A stretch of DNA of 64,000 nt, taken from Psilocybe cubensis (Eukaryota). Every line of letters begins with the position of its first letter. The first letter of the stretch is position 1. The stretch lies in NCBI GenBank assembly GCA_017499595.2, contig CM039008.1, positions 2,976,001 through 3,040,000 of the forward strand, read 5' to 3'. The translations under genes were made by a program, and so were the position numbers. Below, piece by piece: positions 1-14,078 of this stretch. The notes below the pieces were generated by a model. It searched no databases and had not been told where the DNA came from. It saw only the letters and a program-made list of their open reading frames with translations.

Positions 1-187
1 TTATAACCTGTGCAGCTATTTTTTGTGTCTGACACAACTAAGCTTGTAGTAGACCTAAGTCATAGTAATTAATCATAACCTTGCCCAGTATCTGGCTGTG
101 CATTCAGAACATATTAATATATATTAACTATGTTATATAAATCTAGATTAAAAAATATTTTATACAATTGTGAGATGTAAAGTCTTG

Positions 188-535
188 TCATGCCACGCTT
201 TGCGTTGGACCACTAAAACAAATAAAATGCAAAACGGTGGAACCTGAAATAACCAGGCCAGTCTTGAACTGGAGAAGACAAAACAGCAAATGTTCATTGG
301 ATTTGAAGATAGGAGCAAATAAATTTTTGGGACGGAAGGTGCGGCGCATATAGCCCAAAACGCGGTCGTTTAGCTCCTTGCAAGTCCAAGAGAAACGGTA
401 GAGGGTTTTCAGATCCATCTGATCCATGTACACATCGTCCATGGGAGGCGGAAAGACTCTAAAAAATAAGTAATAACCAAATGAGATAAAACAGTGAACA
501 TACTGTTGGAAACGGGGGGATAACGCGGAAGCCAT
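188..535 (-). pseudogene. Truncated F-box-like / 'ISGS' motif hypothetical protein fragment (family often seen in agaricomycete repeat regions)
   Basis: ORF reads MDLKTLYRFSWTCKELNDRV...LLQFKTGLVISGSTVLHF then degenerates. It has a plausible GTATGT..TTAG intron near the start and lies in an AT-rich flank. Confidence 0.45.
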
Positions 536-1318
536 GGGTAAAACAGTGCGGAGAAAAGTGCATTGTCTATACTACGTCAATAAATATATTAACCGTAAGC
601 CAATAGACGCCCGACGTAGGGGAAGAACAAATTGGTATGCGTGAGAAACGATCATGAATCAGAAAATCAAATTCAAATAGTACCAAACGCCCAGAACCCA
701 AGAACGCGTAATTATTTCTATTTGAACTCTGATTGATGAAGCTACCAATATCAAGGAACGTGTGTGCCTGCACAGTTCTATTTCCAACCTTTCAGACCCA
801 TAGTTCAAAGAGTGCATTTGTTCCATCTTTAAGTATTAGTACAATATATAAGCACGTTGGCTAGACGGTTCCACATGGTTTTAAAAATTAAACAACAACG
901 CAAAAAAGTGAATTGAGTAGGACTATTGTTGTTGGGTATAATTAATTTTATGGAAACGCACATTCACATTGCGATCAAAACAAATCAAAAACAACCTTTA
1001 AAGTAACCAATGGTAAAAAGAAGTTGTAGAATGAATTGGAAAGGGGTTGCTTAGGGGGTCCGGTGACCGCTTAAGGAAAATACCGATAGCGGTAACGACA
1101 TTGATCGCATCAATAATATTTTGATGGGGACAATTGGCGAGGACATTTTTGCTTGCTGGGTTGTGGGGATAAAAGAACTCATCTTTACTTACGTAAAGAC
1201 TCGTAATTCCCCAGATGGAGGCGTTATTTAAATTTCATAAATACGCGCTCCATTGACATTCCATATCTCGTCGTTCTTCCAGTTTCTCACTTACCTGCAA
1301 GGCCGCACCTGTACTGCG

Positions 1319-3670
1319 ATGGGCGAATCACGGATAGTGACCCTTGTACTATGTACAGGCCTCGCATGGCTGGGCTTCAAACTTCTGCGTATTGGCCGAC
1401 GGGACAAGACGTTACCGCCCGGCCCGCGTACTATCCCTGTACTTGGAAACGCGCACTTGATTCCGTCAAAGTTTTCGTTCTTGAGGTGCATTCCCGCTGT
1501 CGTGTATCATACCGTTGTGGATCCTCTCAACTGAATTGTACCATAAGGTTCGCGGAGTGGGGCAGGAAGTACGGTGGCATATACTCAGTGAGTGTCTGAA
1601 CCTGCCGACCGACCGACGGACCCCTGACGTTATTTTGAATGTACGTGGGGATTACAGATCAAAGTGGCGAACGCCACAGTCATCGTGTTGTCCGACATGA
1701 GAGTGGTCAAAGAGCTTCTGGATGACCGCAGCAGCGAGATGTCGTCCCGGCCGTACATATACGTGGCAGATATCCTCTCGAATGGGTATTTCTTTACGTT
1801 CTCACCGTCAGGCAAGTGCTAGGGGAGATTTATTTTTAATTTTATACAAGGTGTGCCAAACTGACCCTTCTGAATTAAATATTGTAGAGAACCCTGTGTG
1901 GAGAGCGAGTCGGAGGTCGATTCAGCCGTTTTTTACTGTGCAAGCTGCGCCGCTGCATATACCGATTTTGGAACGAGAGGCGGACACGCTTCTGCGGGAC
2001 ATTCTGCACAAACCCGACGTCGGCATTTTACTTAAATGTACTAACATGAAAAGTTACTGACGCGATAACATTTTAACAGGCCTTATCTTCACACATAACG
2101 CGATATGCCTTATCTTCCATAATCGACTTCGCATTCGGAAAACGCGTGTTACAATATGACGGCCCCGAAATGCAAGATTTTCAAGCATACATCCGCAACT
2201 TCTCCAAAGCGCTCTCGCCAGAATCTGCGCCGGTAGACTTGATCCCGCCTCTGCGCTATATCCCAGACTTCATGGCGCCATGGATGAAGCTTTGGAATGA
2301 AACGCGCGCGCAGCAACAGTCGCTTTATTTTTCGTTCTTGCGATGTACGGAGCAAGGTTTGGATAGTGGGAGTAGAGAACGTTGTATCATTCAGGCGATA
2401 TTGGCCCGGCGCGAGGAGCTTGGTCTGACGCGGGAGATGATTGCGTGAGTAGATTCGAACCATTAATGTGTGCATTTAACGAGGTATCATAGATACATTG
2501 GCGGAGCGCTCATAGATGCTGGAACGGAGACGATATCGACTCTGATGCAGTCTCTAATTCTCTGTCTCGCGAAAAACCCGAGATGCCTGAAAAAAGCGCA
2601 GGAAGAGATTGACGACCTCATTGGAGACAAAAGGCTCCCAATTGCCAGCGACATCGACGAATTGCCATACATCCAAGCCTTAATCAAAGAGGTTTGTTTC
2701 GATCAACGTAACTCAATGTCTAGAGCATCTTATTGACACAGTTGCTCAGATCCATCGCTTTCGACCTGTTCTACCCACTGGCCTTCCACATGCGGCTATC
2801 CATGACTGTCATGTATGTACCACTCAAAGATCGTATGCCTCATCATTGGATAGTATATTCATGAGTTTAGTATCGAGGATACACCATTCCTAAGGGTTCC
2901 TCAATATTTATCGACGCTTGTGAGTATCATCTCCTTGCAATATTTTACTGGCCTCAATCAAAGAGATGTCGTTGAAATAGGGGGGATATACCACAATCCA
3001 GGTCGGTCAGCTCCAACAATCTGCCTGTCTCTTATCTCACCGAGAATACTCCAGAGCTTTTCGAGCGTCCTGATGAATTCTGGCCGGAACGGTACCTACT
3101 CACCCCCGATGGTACCATTCCCGGTTTAGACAAGGACTATACGATACGACCGAATCTACCATTCGGGAGCGGAAAGGTATGAATATACGTTTTCACTGAC
3201 AGGATTCAGATATGTGCTCATATCCGGTTGCATTGATAGCGATTGTGTCCTGGCATACATTTCGCGAACATTAGCATGGTAATTTGGCAGCGCACATACA
3301 GTATTTTTATCATGTCTCTGACAACTACCCTTCCCGCAGAATATCTTGGTTATGCGTCTGATTTGGGCGTTTGACCTTGGACTGAAGGAAGGATACGCTT
3401 CAGAGAACAACATGACATGGTCTCTAGAGGAAGAATATATGGATGTCAGTACTTTTCACACTGAAATTGATTTGAAGGTTTATTTTTCGACGACAGGGGC
3501 TTACGTTGTCACCGAAGAAATTCGACATCGCGGTCACTCCTCGAAGTAGTGTGAGGGCAAAAATGATCGAGGATAGTTATATGAAGGTTGGAGACAATGG
3601 TGCAGATGACGAGGTCGCAGAAAGGTTGAGAAAGTCCATGACGCTAGACGAATCTTGGTGGATAGAGTAG
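1319..3670 (+). CDS. Cytochrome P450 (CYP64/OrdA-like group), copy 1, 13 exons
   Basis: Spliced by hand: N-terminal TM anchor followed by LPPGP, I-helix AGTETIST, ExxR (KEIHR), PERY, and heme motif FGSGK|RLCPG split by an intron. Ends ...ESWWIE* at 3670. Frame is preserved across the junctions checked. Confidence 0.93.
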
Positions 3671-5770
3671 CTTAGTGAAGTGAAATGGAGAGAAGTGTAG
3701 GGACACTGTCCGATATCTGGAGGAGAAGTACTTCAATGAGTGTCGATAAGCAAGGATTCTTCGAATGCTTGTACTTTAAAAGCCAAGCTTGACCGTCTGC
3801 GATGAGCACCCTTTTTGACTAAAGTTCCGTTCGTATATGCGTCAAATATCCGTTTCCCAGGTACATTGGGGTCACTGTTAGATGAAAGAGCAAACCTGAG
3901 GTGGGGGAAGGGCCCATAAGTGCTTGTGTTGTCTGTAAAAAACGCACGGTGAAGGACGACGAGACACAGGCGGAGCTCCAAAATCACTTAAGGGCTGGCT
4001 TAATTGACGTCGGTCTTGGGGGTCCAGACTTGGCCAGGCTCTTGGAAGACTCGCGACAGTGATCCGCTTCCACGACATCACTTGTGGTCAGTGCGCGCAA
4101 TGAGATTTGAAATGCCAGCCTTCCCTTCGACCTTCAAGCGCCCCAGTATCGCTCCAGCGTCATTCTTTCACGTCGCAATTTTCATCCATTCGCATTTCGC
4201 GACCTTCGGCGTCACAGTGGCACGTCACGCGTCAAGCTTCGCATACATTCGTCCTTCCCAACGGTTTGTTACTTCAATGGGCTAGATCAACTCGTCTTGT
4301 ATACCGACATTAATCTTCTACATTTTATATCCCTTCCAAGTTCAGAGGAATGCTGATATCCTAGGGTTCGTCCCACTTTATCGCAGCTTTGCTTATTATC
4401 ATTCTCGTAAGGTCAACATTTGTGTTACAACCCGTGATGTTTTTCAATTGCACAGGGTGTATCGCTTATGAGAATATGATTGAATAAAGATTCACCTTCT
4501 GAATTTAATACTTGGTGTTTGTAGGCCAAGGATTGCAACTAGTATGCTTCCTGGTACTAGAGAGCAATGAGGGTTTAATATTTCTAGGGATCACGTTGCG
4601 ACACCGCCATAATTCTGTTCGGCATCCTTGTTCAATGGTGTGTAGCACTCAGGGGTATGCTTCAACACGTAAGGGTTTTGGTTACTTATCTCATAGTTGC
4701 AGCTTAGAAGACAGTAGCCTGAAACCACTCCACATACAAAATCCTTACGTAGTTGCTCTGCTTATCAACCCTGCACGTTTGTAAGACTCCCTCGACTCTA
4801 CAAATGGAACTCTACCATTTTTTCATGACCATTTATTTTATGCAAACGGCTAGGTTTCAACGACTAGACGGAGTATAGGATACCGACGACTGATATGAAT
4901 CACCATGCTTCACACAGTTGCCTTTCCAAGTGAGCATCTTGCGGCTTAGAGGTAATCAGAGTGGCTGTGCAAATAATCAGGAAGGAATCGTGTGTCCGCG
5001 TGTCTGTGTAATAGCGACATACACATAGCTATAGTCGGCTCAGAGGTACGCGACGGTCATAGGCAAAGGGGCTACGTCGATCATCAGCGGCTGCGGACCT
5101 CAATGAATTTCATAGATTCTGGGCAAACCCAGCATGCATTTTTCATTATCCATAGAACCTTTCAAATCCCCTCTAAAATAGATGATTGGTGAATATATTG
5201 ACATTGTGGGTAAACAGACTTATATGTAGACTTCTCTTCATGTATCGGCATTTGAATTCACTATACATAGGTTGAGATACACTCCAAATAGGAGAGAACC
5301 CGGTGTAGATAGATAGGCAGAAATTGAAGACCGACTTTATGAATATCTTCCTGTACATATGACGTCTGTCGACATGAAAACAGCTATCCGACTTGAAGTT
5401 GAAGAGATTCAGGAATTAGCAAACTGTGTTTTCCTCAACTGTTACGAATACAACGGATATCAGACTAGATTACCGGTAACGTATCTTCATGTTATTGATT
5501 GACTTCATATCACTAGGGGAATACACACGAGAGAGCGGCAATGGCTTCTATGTCGTATTTTTGATCATTGGCGTGGAAATTATGACTTATTTACGTGTCA
5601 ACCATAATAGCCAGCTTGCATCAGATCTAATAATATTGCACATGAAACGGAACGGCGGTCCAGCCGTCCAGGGACTTTACATACGTACGTACTTATATCC
5701 AAGAACCGTACGATTTTTCATTCCATTCGCTTCACCTCCTTCGTTCCTCTGATTCTGCTCTTCCGTTGAG

Positions 5771-8012
5771 ATGGGTGATGCACGTCTATACACGTTTGCT
5801 TTTGTGGTGGGAGTGGCGTGGTTGGTGGTGAAGCTCATGCGCATCGGTCGAAGGGACAGAGCGCTGCCACCTGGCCCACCGACAATCCCTCTCTTAGGAA
5901 ACCTCCACGTGCTTCCACGCAAATTCGTGTTTCTGAAGTGATTCCTCTTTTTTTTCTTTATTTCTCATGGGGTGTACTCACCAAAACTTGCAACGAGGTT
6001 CTCGGAATGGAAGAAGGAGTATGGTGGTATATATTCGGTGAGTGTGTGTTTGTATCTTGATCCGTTTGGGTTCCAATGACCGTATGATATTGTAGCTCAA
6101 ACTGGCAAACGCGACGGCTATTGTGCTCTCCGATATGAGAATAGTCAAAGAGCTTCTGGATGATCGCAGTAGCGAGACGTCATCACGTCCGTACTTCTAT
6201 GCTTTGGAGGTTCTTGCGAAAGGATTCTTCTTCGTGTTGGCAACTTCAGGTATGTCCTGGCTTGATATTAGTAGGTGATTGAGGTGATGTATGATTTTAT
6301 ACCTCCATAGATAATCCCGTTTGGAGGGCAAGTCGCAAGTCTATTCAGCCGTTTTTCTCGGTACAGGCGACGGATGCACACGTCCGCATCATGGAACGGG
6401 AATCATCCGTCCTGCTGCATGATGTACTTCACAATCCCAATGTCGGTATCTGATAGCCCTACAACAGACTCGTCAAGCTGATAAATCTACGACAGGATCT
6501 AACCTCTCACATCATTCGTTACACCTTCTCATCCATCACAGATCTCGCTTTCGGAAAGCGTGTTTTAAAACCCGACTCTCCCGAAATTCTGAACTTTCGC
6601 TCATACATCCGAACATTCGCCAAGGCTGTCTCTCCAGAGGCGGCGCCGGTGGACTTGATACCTATACTCAGATATGTCCCTGACTTCCTGGCTCCGTGGA
6701 TGAAACTATGGTGCGAGACTCAGACGCAGCAGCGCTCGTTGTACTTTTCTTTTCTTGACCATGCTGAGCGTACGACGGGGGGAGGTAAGGAGAAGAGTAT
6801 CATTCAGACGACGCTGGAGCAGCGTCGTGAGCTTGGGTTAACTCGGGAGATGGTGGCGTAAGTAACGATGATCTTGGATGATTGCTAGCTGATCCGGTGC
6901 GTATAGGTACACTGGAGGCGCTCTTCTTGATGCGGGAACGGAAACGATAGCTACTACGACGAGATCTCTGCTTCTTTGCCTTATGAGTAGGCCTGCGTGC
7001 CTGAAAAAGGCACAGGAAGAGATCGATGATCTTATTGGAGACAAACGACTTCCCCTTGCCAGTGACATCGACGCCTTGCCGTACATTCAAGCCCTAATAA
7101 AAGAGGTTTGTCGAACTCTTTGTATCTGCTGAATAGTTGCTTGATGTCTTGTTGTTGTTAGGTTCATCGTTTTAGACCTGCTTTGCCTTCCGGGCTTCCA
7201 CATGCCACTGTTAATGATTGTCACGTACGTTCATGCTTCCATTCATCTTCCCCAAATTGATGTTGATACTGTGACGTATCTTGATTTAGTATCGAGGATA
7301 CACAATTCCAAAGGGATCATCTATATTTATCAACACATGTAAGTCTATCATATAGGCTTACCTGTCTGTCGAAAGGTCTCGCTCATATGACTTCGACAGG
7401 GGGGATCTTTCATGATCCAGGCAAGTCATACTTGAATGGATGTCCCATTTTCCAACATTATTTATTGCCTTAACCTCGTAGAATTGTTCGAACGGCCAGA
7501 TGACTTCTGGCCGGAGCGATTCCTGCTGACACCTGATGGAACAAAGCCCGGTTTAGAAAAAGAGTATTCCTTTCGATCAAGCCTCGCGTTTGGTAGCGGA
7601 AAGGTAGTTAAACTGTGTTTCTGACTACATATTCTGCTCACTACATGTCTTCGATTACAGAGGTTGTGTCCTGGTATACACTTTGCGGGCACAAGCTTGG
7701 TATGCTTTGTTTCCTTTGCATCTTTTTGCTGCTGATAAGATATCATAGAATGTTGCGGTTATGCGTCTTATATGGGCGTTCGATTTCTCCCTTGGTGATG
7801 ATTTCAGTGGAGCTGACCGCCCATGGATGCTAGAGGATGATTATGAGGATGTGAGTACCTTGATACTTCTTCAGTTGAATTTTTTCTGAAAGGACATGAA
7901 GGGTATTGCCCTGGCGCCTAAGGAGTACTTCTGCAAGGTCACTCCACGCAGCGCGGAAAGGGCCAAGGTCATCGAGGACTGCTATAACCTATACAACAAC
8001 TCCGACGTGTAG
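5771..8012 (+). CDS. Cytochrome P450 (CYP64/OrdA-like group), copy 2, 13 exons
   Basis: [51 protein letters not shown]. Same intron positions as copy 1. Stop TAG at 8010-8012. Confidence 0.93.
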
Positions 8013-8893
8013 TTCCAGTTTGTAGCGCAGAGTGTACAATATATACATGAACTTGAGGTTGCAGCAAAATACATGTTTTGTGTAAGCTAATATACGTGCA
8101 ATTGAATGAGTCTACTTACGACTCGAGGCAACATAAGGGGCACTAAATTGATGCCAGGAGCTATAAATCACTAAATTTCCTCTTGACGTCTTGGAGTTAT
8201 TAATGATCTTTCTCCTCTGAATCTGTTATTACATGCGTTGAGGATCCAATCTTACCTCCCGAAGAAAGTTATAAAACTCGAATAGCTTGACCATGACACT
8301 ATCTTATGCTCGGCTAGATTTCGACTCCGTAGCAGGGACAGCCAAAAATAAACACAGCGCCCATTCTTTCCAGGTATAAGCTTGAACATATGCCGATTCT
8401 GCGAGCCTGCACTGAAGAATTAGATCGGAGTAAGCATAATAACAATGTCATTTTACTAGTAAGTAACACCTATATTGAAATTCAGGCAACCTGAACTGCA
8501 TTTACATGTTTACTGATTTATCAGTGACCATAACACTCAATCTGTGTTTAAAATAGATTAGGTGAATTACTTTAGCGGAGGTTATCGTTATTTGATTCCG
8601 GGTTTCGCAAGTACCGAAATCAAGCACAACCACAGATGGATTACAATTTTATCATACTCTTGTACCCATACCTGTGCAATATTTCATTTGTCCATTTCGC
8701 GCGTCTACCTTGACATTACATGGGATATCCGATTGCCTGCCAGACGAGAACCGGCGCTCTCAAACTCCGGCATACTGTTGCCACTGTCAGTGATGTACGT
8801 ACCTAAAAATAATTGCCATTTATATTTAAGCAGGACGTTCTCTTACAGGATTCTTTCGTCTCCTTCATTCGTCTCCTCCTACTTGAGTGTACA

Positions 8894-11099
8894 ATGGAGC
8901 AAGGTTTTGAAGCAGCGTCGCTTCTTGGTGTATTCTTGCTTTTGTGGATAATTGTCAAAATTGTTGGTATTGGTCGTCGAGACCCAACACTTCCTCCAGG
9001 CCCTCCAACAATACCGATTTTAGGAAACCTGCACCTTCTGCCTTCAAAATACGTGTTCCTGAGGTATTATCAAATTACTCTGCGCTTTACATATAGTAAT
9101 ATGCGTTTTTCCAGGTTCTTGGAGTGGAGCAAAGAATATGGGGGGATTTTCTCGGTGAGAAAGCTGGCAATGATATCCGAGAAAACTAATCACAAAAGCA
9201 GCTGAAAGTCGCAAATTCGACTATAATCGTAATATCGGACATGCAGATTGTTAAGGAACTTCTTGATAATCGTGCCAGTGAAACATCAAGTCGACCTTCT
9301 ATCCATGCACTGGACGCAATTTGTGGAGGAAACTTCTTTGCTTTGGCATCATCACGTAACTTCTCGCTCTCAATGTCACCGCCTTGCATCTAAAGATGTC
9401 TGCTTAGATACCGACCTCTGGAAAACGGGTAAAAAATTAATCGGCCCCTTTATGACACCGAACGCTATCAAACCACGTATCCCTGTTGTCGAGCGAGAGA
9501 GCCTCCAACTCTTGCAAGATCTTGTACGGAGCCCAGAAGTCAGTGAACCGCTTGACTTGCCCATCATCTGGTCGATACTCATTGCTTAATTTGGCTTATC
9601 TAGAACCTATGCGCCCACATATTTCGATTCTCCTTATCGTCTGTAACCACCATCGTATATGGGGAAAGAGTGACTACCCACGACTCGGTTTATAGCACCG
9701 AGTTCTCGGGATATCTTGAACACTTCCTTAAAGCGATATCGCCAGAATCCGCCCCTGTAGATCTTATACCTCTTCTTCGATATATTCCTGCACGCTTTGC
9801 CCCATGGAAAGGCGTTTGGAAGGAGACTGGATTGCGCCAGCGACGCATCTACTCATCATTTTTTGAAGACGCCGAACGTGAAATCAAAAGTGGACGGCGG
9901 AGTGGAAATTTCATTGAGACTATATTGAATAGACAGGAAGAACTTGGACTAAGTCGTGATCTAGCTGTGTGAGTATCTATTTGGCTGCTCATCATTGAGT
10001 ACTAACGCAGTTATTAAAAGCTACCTTGGAGGATCCATGTTAGATGCAGGGACAGAATCAACATCCGCTATAGTTCAATCTCTTATTCTATGCCTCGCCC
10101 AGTATCCCGACGTTATGAAAAAGGCTCAAGATGAAATTGACAGTTATGTTGGAGATGGAAGGTTACCAGTACCTGGTGATATCGATGGCCTACCTTACGT
10201 CCAAGCTGTTGTTAAAGAGGTAACAAGATTCGACTATTACTTAATCCAGACTAATAAGATTTACCAACAGGTCCATCGTTTCAGAACGGCTGCCCCAACT
10301 GGACTACCACACGCGCCAACGCATGATCTTGAGGTAAGTTATGCTTTGCGAAGATATTCACGCCATCACAAACGACTACAGTATCGAGGTTGTATCATTC
10401 CAAAAGGAGCCACAATCATGGTTAACGTTTGTACGTCTATAATTAAACCACATATAATACGTACCAGCTAAATATTTGCAAACAACCTTGAAGGGGCGAT
10501 ACTCCATGACCCAGGTCAGTATTGCGGATCCTTATCCATATTCTTCACCAGGAATAGTATTAAAATTCTGGATCATTCAGAGCTCTTTGAATGTCCGGAC
10601 ACATTTTGGCCGGAAAGGTATCTTTTAAATCCAAATGGGACCAGGCCAGGACTGGAGAAAGATTACACCGTACGAACGAGCCTGCATTTCGGTAGCGGAA
10701 AGGTATGTCATGCATTGCGACGATATCCAACAATTAATCACCCATTACTCAGAGGCTCTGTCCTGGGATGCACTTTTCTAACACATTGATGGTATATTTT
10801 GAGCAAATTTCCCGAATTTTGACTGAAAAATGAAAAAAAGGGTATCGTGGCCATGCGACTGCTATGGGCTTTTAATTTCAGTCCAGAGAACGGATCCGCT
10901 AAGCCACACAACACTTTGGATATTATTGATGGATATACAGAGGTATTAACATTTTTTTACCATCGTAAACCGACTAACGACGTGCTATTAGGGAATTGCA
11001 TTTGCTCCTAAAGATTTGAAATGCAAAATTGTCCCTCGGAGCCAAGAAAAGATCGATATCATCACTGAGTATTACGATAACCAAAATCGCAAAATATAG
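8894..11099 (+). CDS. Cytochrome P450 (CYP64/OrdA-like group), copy 3, 13 exons
   Basis: [50 protein letters not shown]. Conserved exon layout. Stop TAG at 11097-11099. Confidence 0.92.
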
Positions 11100-12355
11100 C
11101 ATTCTTTCCTAGAATTCACGATAGGTCAATGTCTCTATTTGTTTGTATTTCACTCTCTAGAAGAAACTCCTGTACCTACCAATGCAGTTAAGATCAATGA
11201 ATCATTTAATCACATCATATGATCAAGCCGGTTCTCCGGGTTCAGAGTAAAACATTTCCGTACATCTGCAGCATAGTATCAAGAACAAGATAAACCTATG
11301 AATCTGGAATCCCATTTTTTATGACAGATTTGGGGTTTCTCATGCTAATAGGTGCATGAAAGCTCATACTACACCTTAGACTCACAGAGGAACAAAGACT
11401 ACGACTAGATCAGTAATTTTGATTCAGGTGACACATTCAACTAATTAAAGACACCCACTAAAGGTATCGCCTACAGAACGACATGAACAATTTCCGAGCA
11501 GAGCAACGTATAATTTGGGCATGGGAAGGAGTGAGCTTCGGGTGATCCGAACTTTGATACGGAACAAATATTTAGTCGGAGTTGAATACAATGTGCATGG
11601 ACTTCTACTTGGTACAAAAACACTATAACCAAGGAAAAACAGTCCAATTTTAATTGTCCATTTTACAATGATAGATATGAGATAGCCTAGTATGAGAAGT
11701 ACCACCAAGGTCATAGACGGCTCTAATTTTCTGCAGAAAAATCTGAGACATTTCTTCCATCGCCGGATGCCACCCGACGCCAAGTTCACCATGATCTCGA
11801 ATGGCATTCCCCAGGTCATGTACACCAATACAACAATACTCAGCCGCTAGTAGCGGATCATATTATAGGTGATGCTATCCGGAGTCTAGAAGGAAGACGG
11901 ACATATTCCTATTGGAAGGAAGATAAGCCTTCTATGAATAAAGCCTCGTGTAGAAACACGATGTTTGTGTTTTCCCAAACGTCTTCGGGGACGCTTCATC
12001 GATGATCAGGGTGCACGTCAGACCGACATATGATTGAGGAAAAGTGCAGAATGTATGGGCATCACCGTTCTAATTTATTTATCTAGATTAGGGTTCCGCC
12101 ATTAAACCCCATTCTACTCCACTATTGATTTGCGTCGAGGAATGGCCGGCAGAGGATCCGTGGTCTTAAAAATATCTTGACATTTCGATTGCCCTGTGAC
12201 TATTATGATTGAATTTTTTCTGACTGGCTGATGAATCGAGGACTGAGATAACTAGTAACCGGCTTCTAGCTCTATTGGGTCTACAAACATTGGGCATATA
12301 CATTAAGGGGTACCGAGTGAGTGCTCCTCTTGCTGCGACTCACGCTAATACCCCC

Positions 12356-14078
12356 ATGAACTCCACATCTATATTACCACCTCCAGAATCATTGCAGACA
12401 GTGATACATACACTGCAGACTATCCAACTAACCAGAATGTTTAGAGGTAGGCGGAGGGTTCTAAGCAATGATATACCCTACTGAATTGCCTCTAGTCTCC
12501 GCCGTGTGCATTGTTCTGTATGATTACTGTATGTCGAGGATCCTTGATATCCCTAGACGTCTGACATCATTCAACCTTTCAAAGTTATCACGCTTGACCA
12601 AGAGGTAAGTTTGAACATGATTGACGTCTCCACAGCAAATTGACGATGTCGGATAATACAAGGTTTCATTCTTATGGGTAAGAATTGCAAATTTTCTCAA
12701 ATTATGCCACTTGTAGCTCAGGCCACTGCTCATGACAGAGTAAAAGAATCTCCCTCGTTAAGCTGTTGTATTTTTTGGTTAGTTGGATATTATTTCCCAC
12801 AGTCTGAACGGCGCACTAAAATCCGAATACTATTCACAGAATCGCTACTACTTCGTTGGAACATCCATGTAAGACCTCGTCCATCGTTGCTTGTGGTGGA
12901 GATAGCTGACGAATCTATTAGATATGCGATATATGGTGCACGATGCAATTTTTTATCAACGTTTCACCTCTGACAGTGACATACCCCAGGATTCTTTTTT
13001 CCCGGTGTCGATGATAATGTAAGCAGATCTAAAGCTTCACCGTTCATCGTCTGAGTCCTTGAGTTCAGTTGTAAGGTTTTTATTCTATAGGGATGCCAAG
13101 GAAGAATGTATCATTGATTCTCTTACGTGCATCCTTTTTTCAGCTGTGAGTCATCGTACTGTGTGGCTTCTCGGTTGGACAGCACTGATCGCTTAACTCC
13201 TTGTTGTAGGTTTGACCTTCATGGCATGGCAAGGATGGACGAGTTTTATAGGCACATTGCTTGCGCAAGGCAAGTGCACGCTCACTCATTTAAAAGCTCA
13301 AATTTCCTGTACTGATGTGGTTGTTGTTTTTTTGCAGCAATTTTGCAGGTCCGATTGTATGCTTTGTATTCTACCAGCCGGAAGTTGCTCGCTTTCATGG
13401 TCCCATGCTACGTTTTGTCGGTCCTAGCATCTTTGCTCATCGTCCAGCAGGCAGAAAATCAAATCAGAGTAGGTTAGTAGGATCAAATGACATTCTTCGT
13501 ATGCTCTTCGGGGGCTTATCGATCGTTAATTCAAGATCATGCGGCGATTGCTATTCCGATCCCAGGGGGCCACTTTTGCGCTGTGTCTCGTATCCCAAAG
13601 TATATTTACTCTTTTTGGATACCAACCTTTGCTTTCGACTGGCTCTTGTGTACGCTGGCCATCCGTAGGGGGTACTGGTATTTTAAAGATTTCAAGTCTT
13701 ATGGTCCCCCGTCGCGGTACATCACAGGCGTTCGGATGGTGGATATCTTAGTGAGAGACTCTGGCCTTTATTTCATCGCGTACGTGAGAATAACCACGTT
13801 TTTCTCTGACACGACTCTGATGCTGATATCAAACAGAATGGCGGTGACATACCTTGTGTGCATGATTATCTGGATAGTGGATTTGGTAAGATTTCTGGGC
13901 CTTTTTTCATGGAGCATATTATCTGACATGAGAATGACATAACTGTTGACAGGATCTTTTCGACGCTCCTCTAGGGTTCTCCGTTGCAATGTCATCCACG
14001 TTGTGCAGTCGAATGATTCTCAAGGTGCACACGGATTGTTTCGAAACAGTGGTGATAGAAGACTTCGACTGTGCATGA
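12356..14078 (+). CDS. DUF6533-type multi-pass (7TM-like) membrane protein, many small exons
   Basis: Spliced reading gives MNSTSILPP..VSAVCIVLYDY..TLDQE, ILQVRLYALY, FWIPTFAFDWLLCTLAI, ILVRDSGLYF and C-terminal STLCSRMIL..DFDCA*. These motifs are typical of this agaricomycete family. Internal micro-exons are not fully resolved. Confidence 0.75.

Noticed and set aside
11445-11828. 127-aa hydrophobic ORF on the minus strand
   Set aside because: Non-ATG start, no motif and no splice support.
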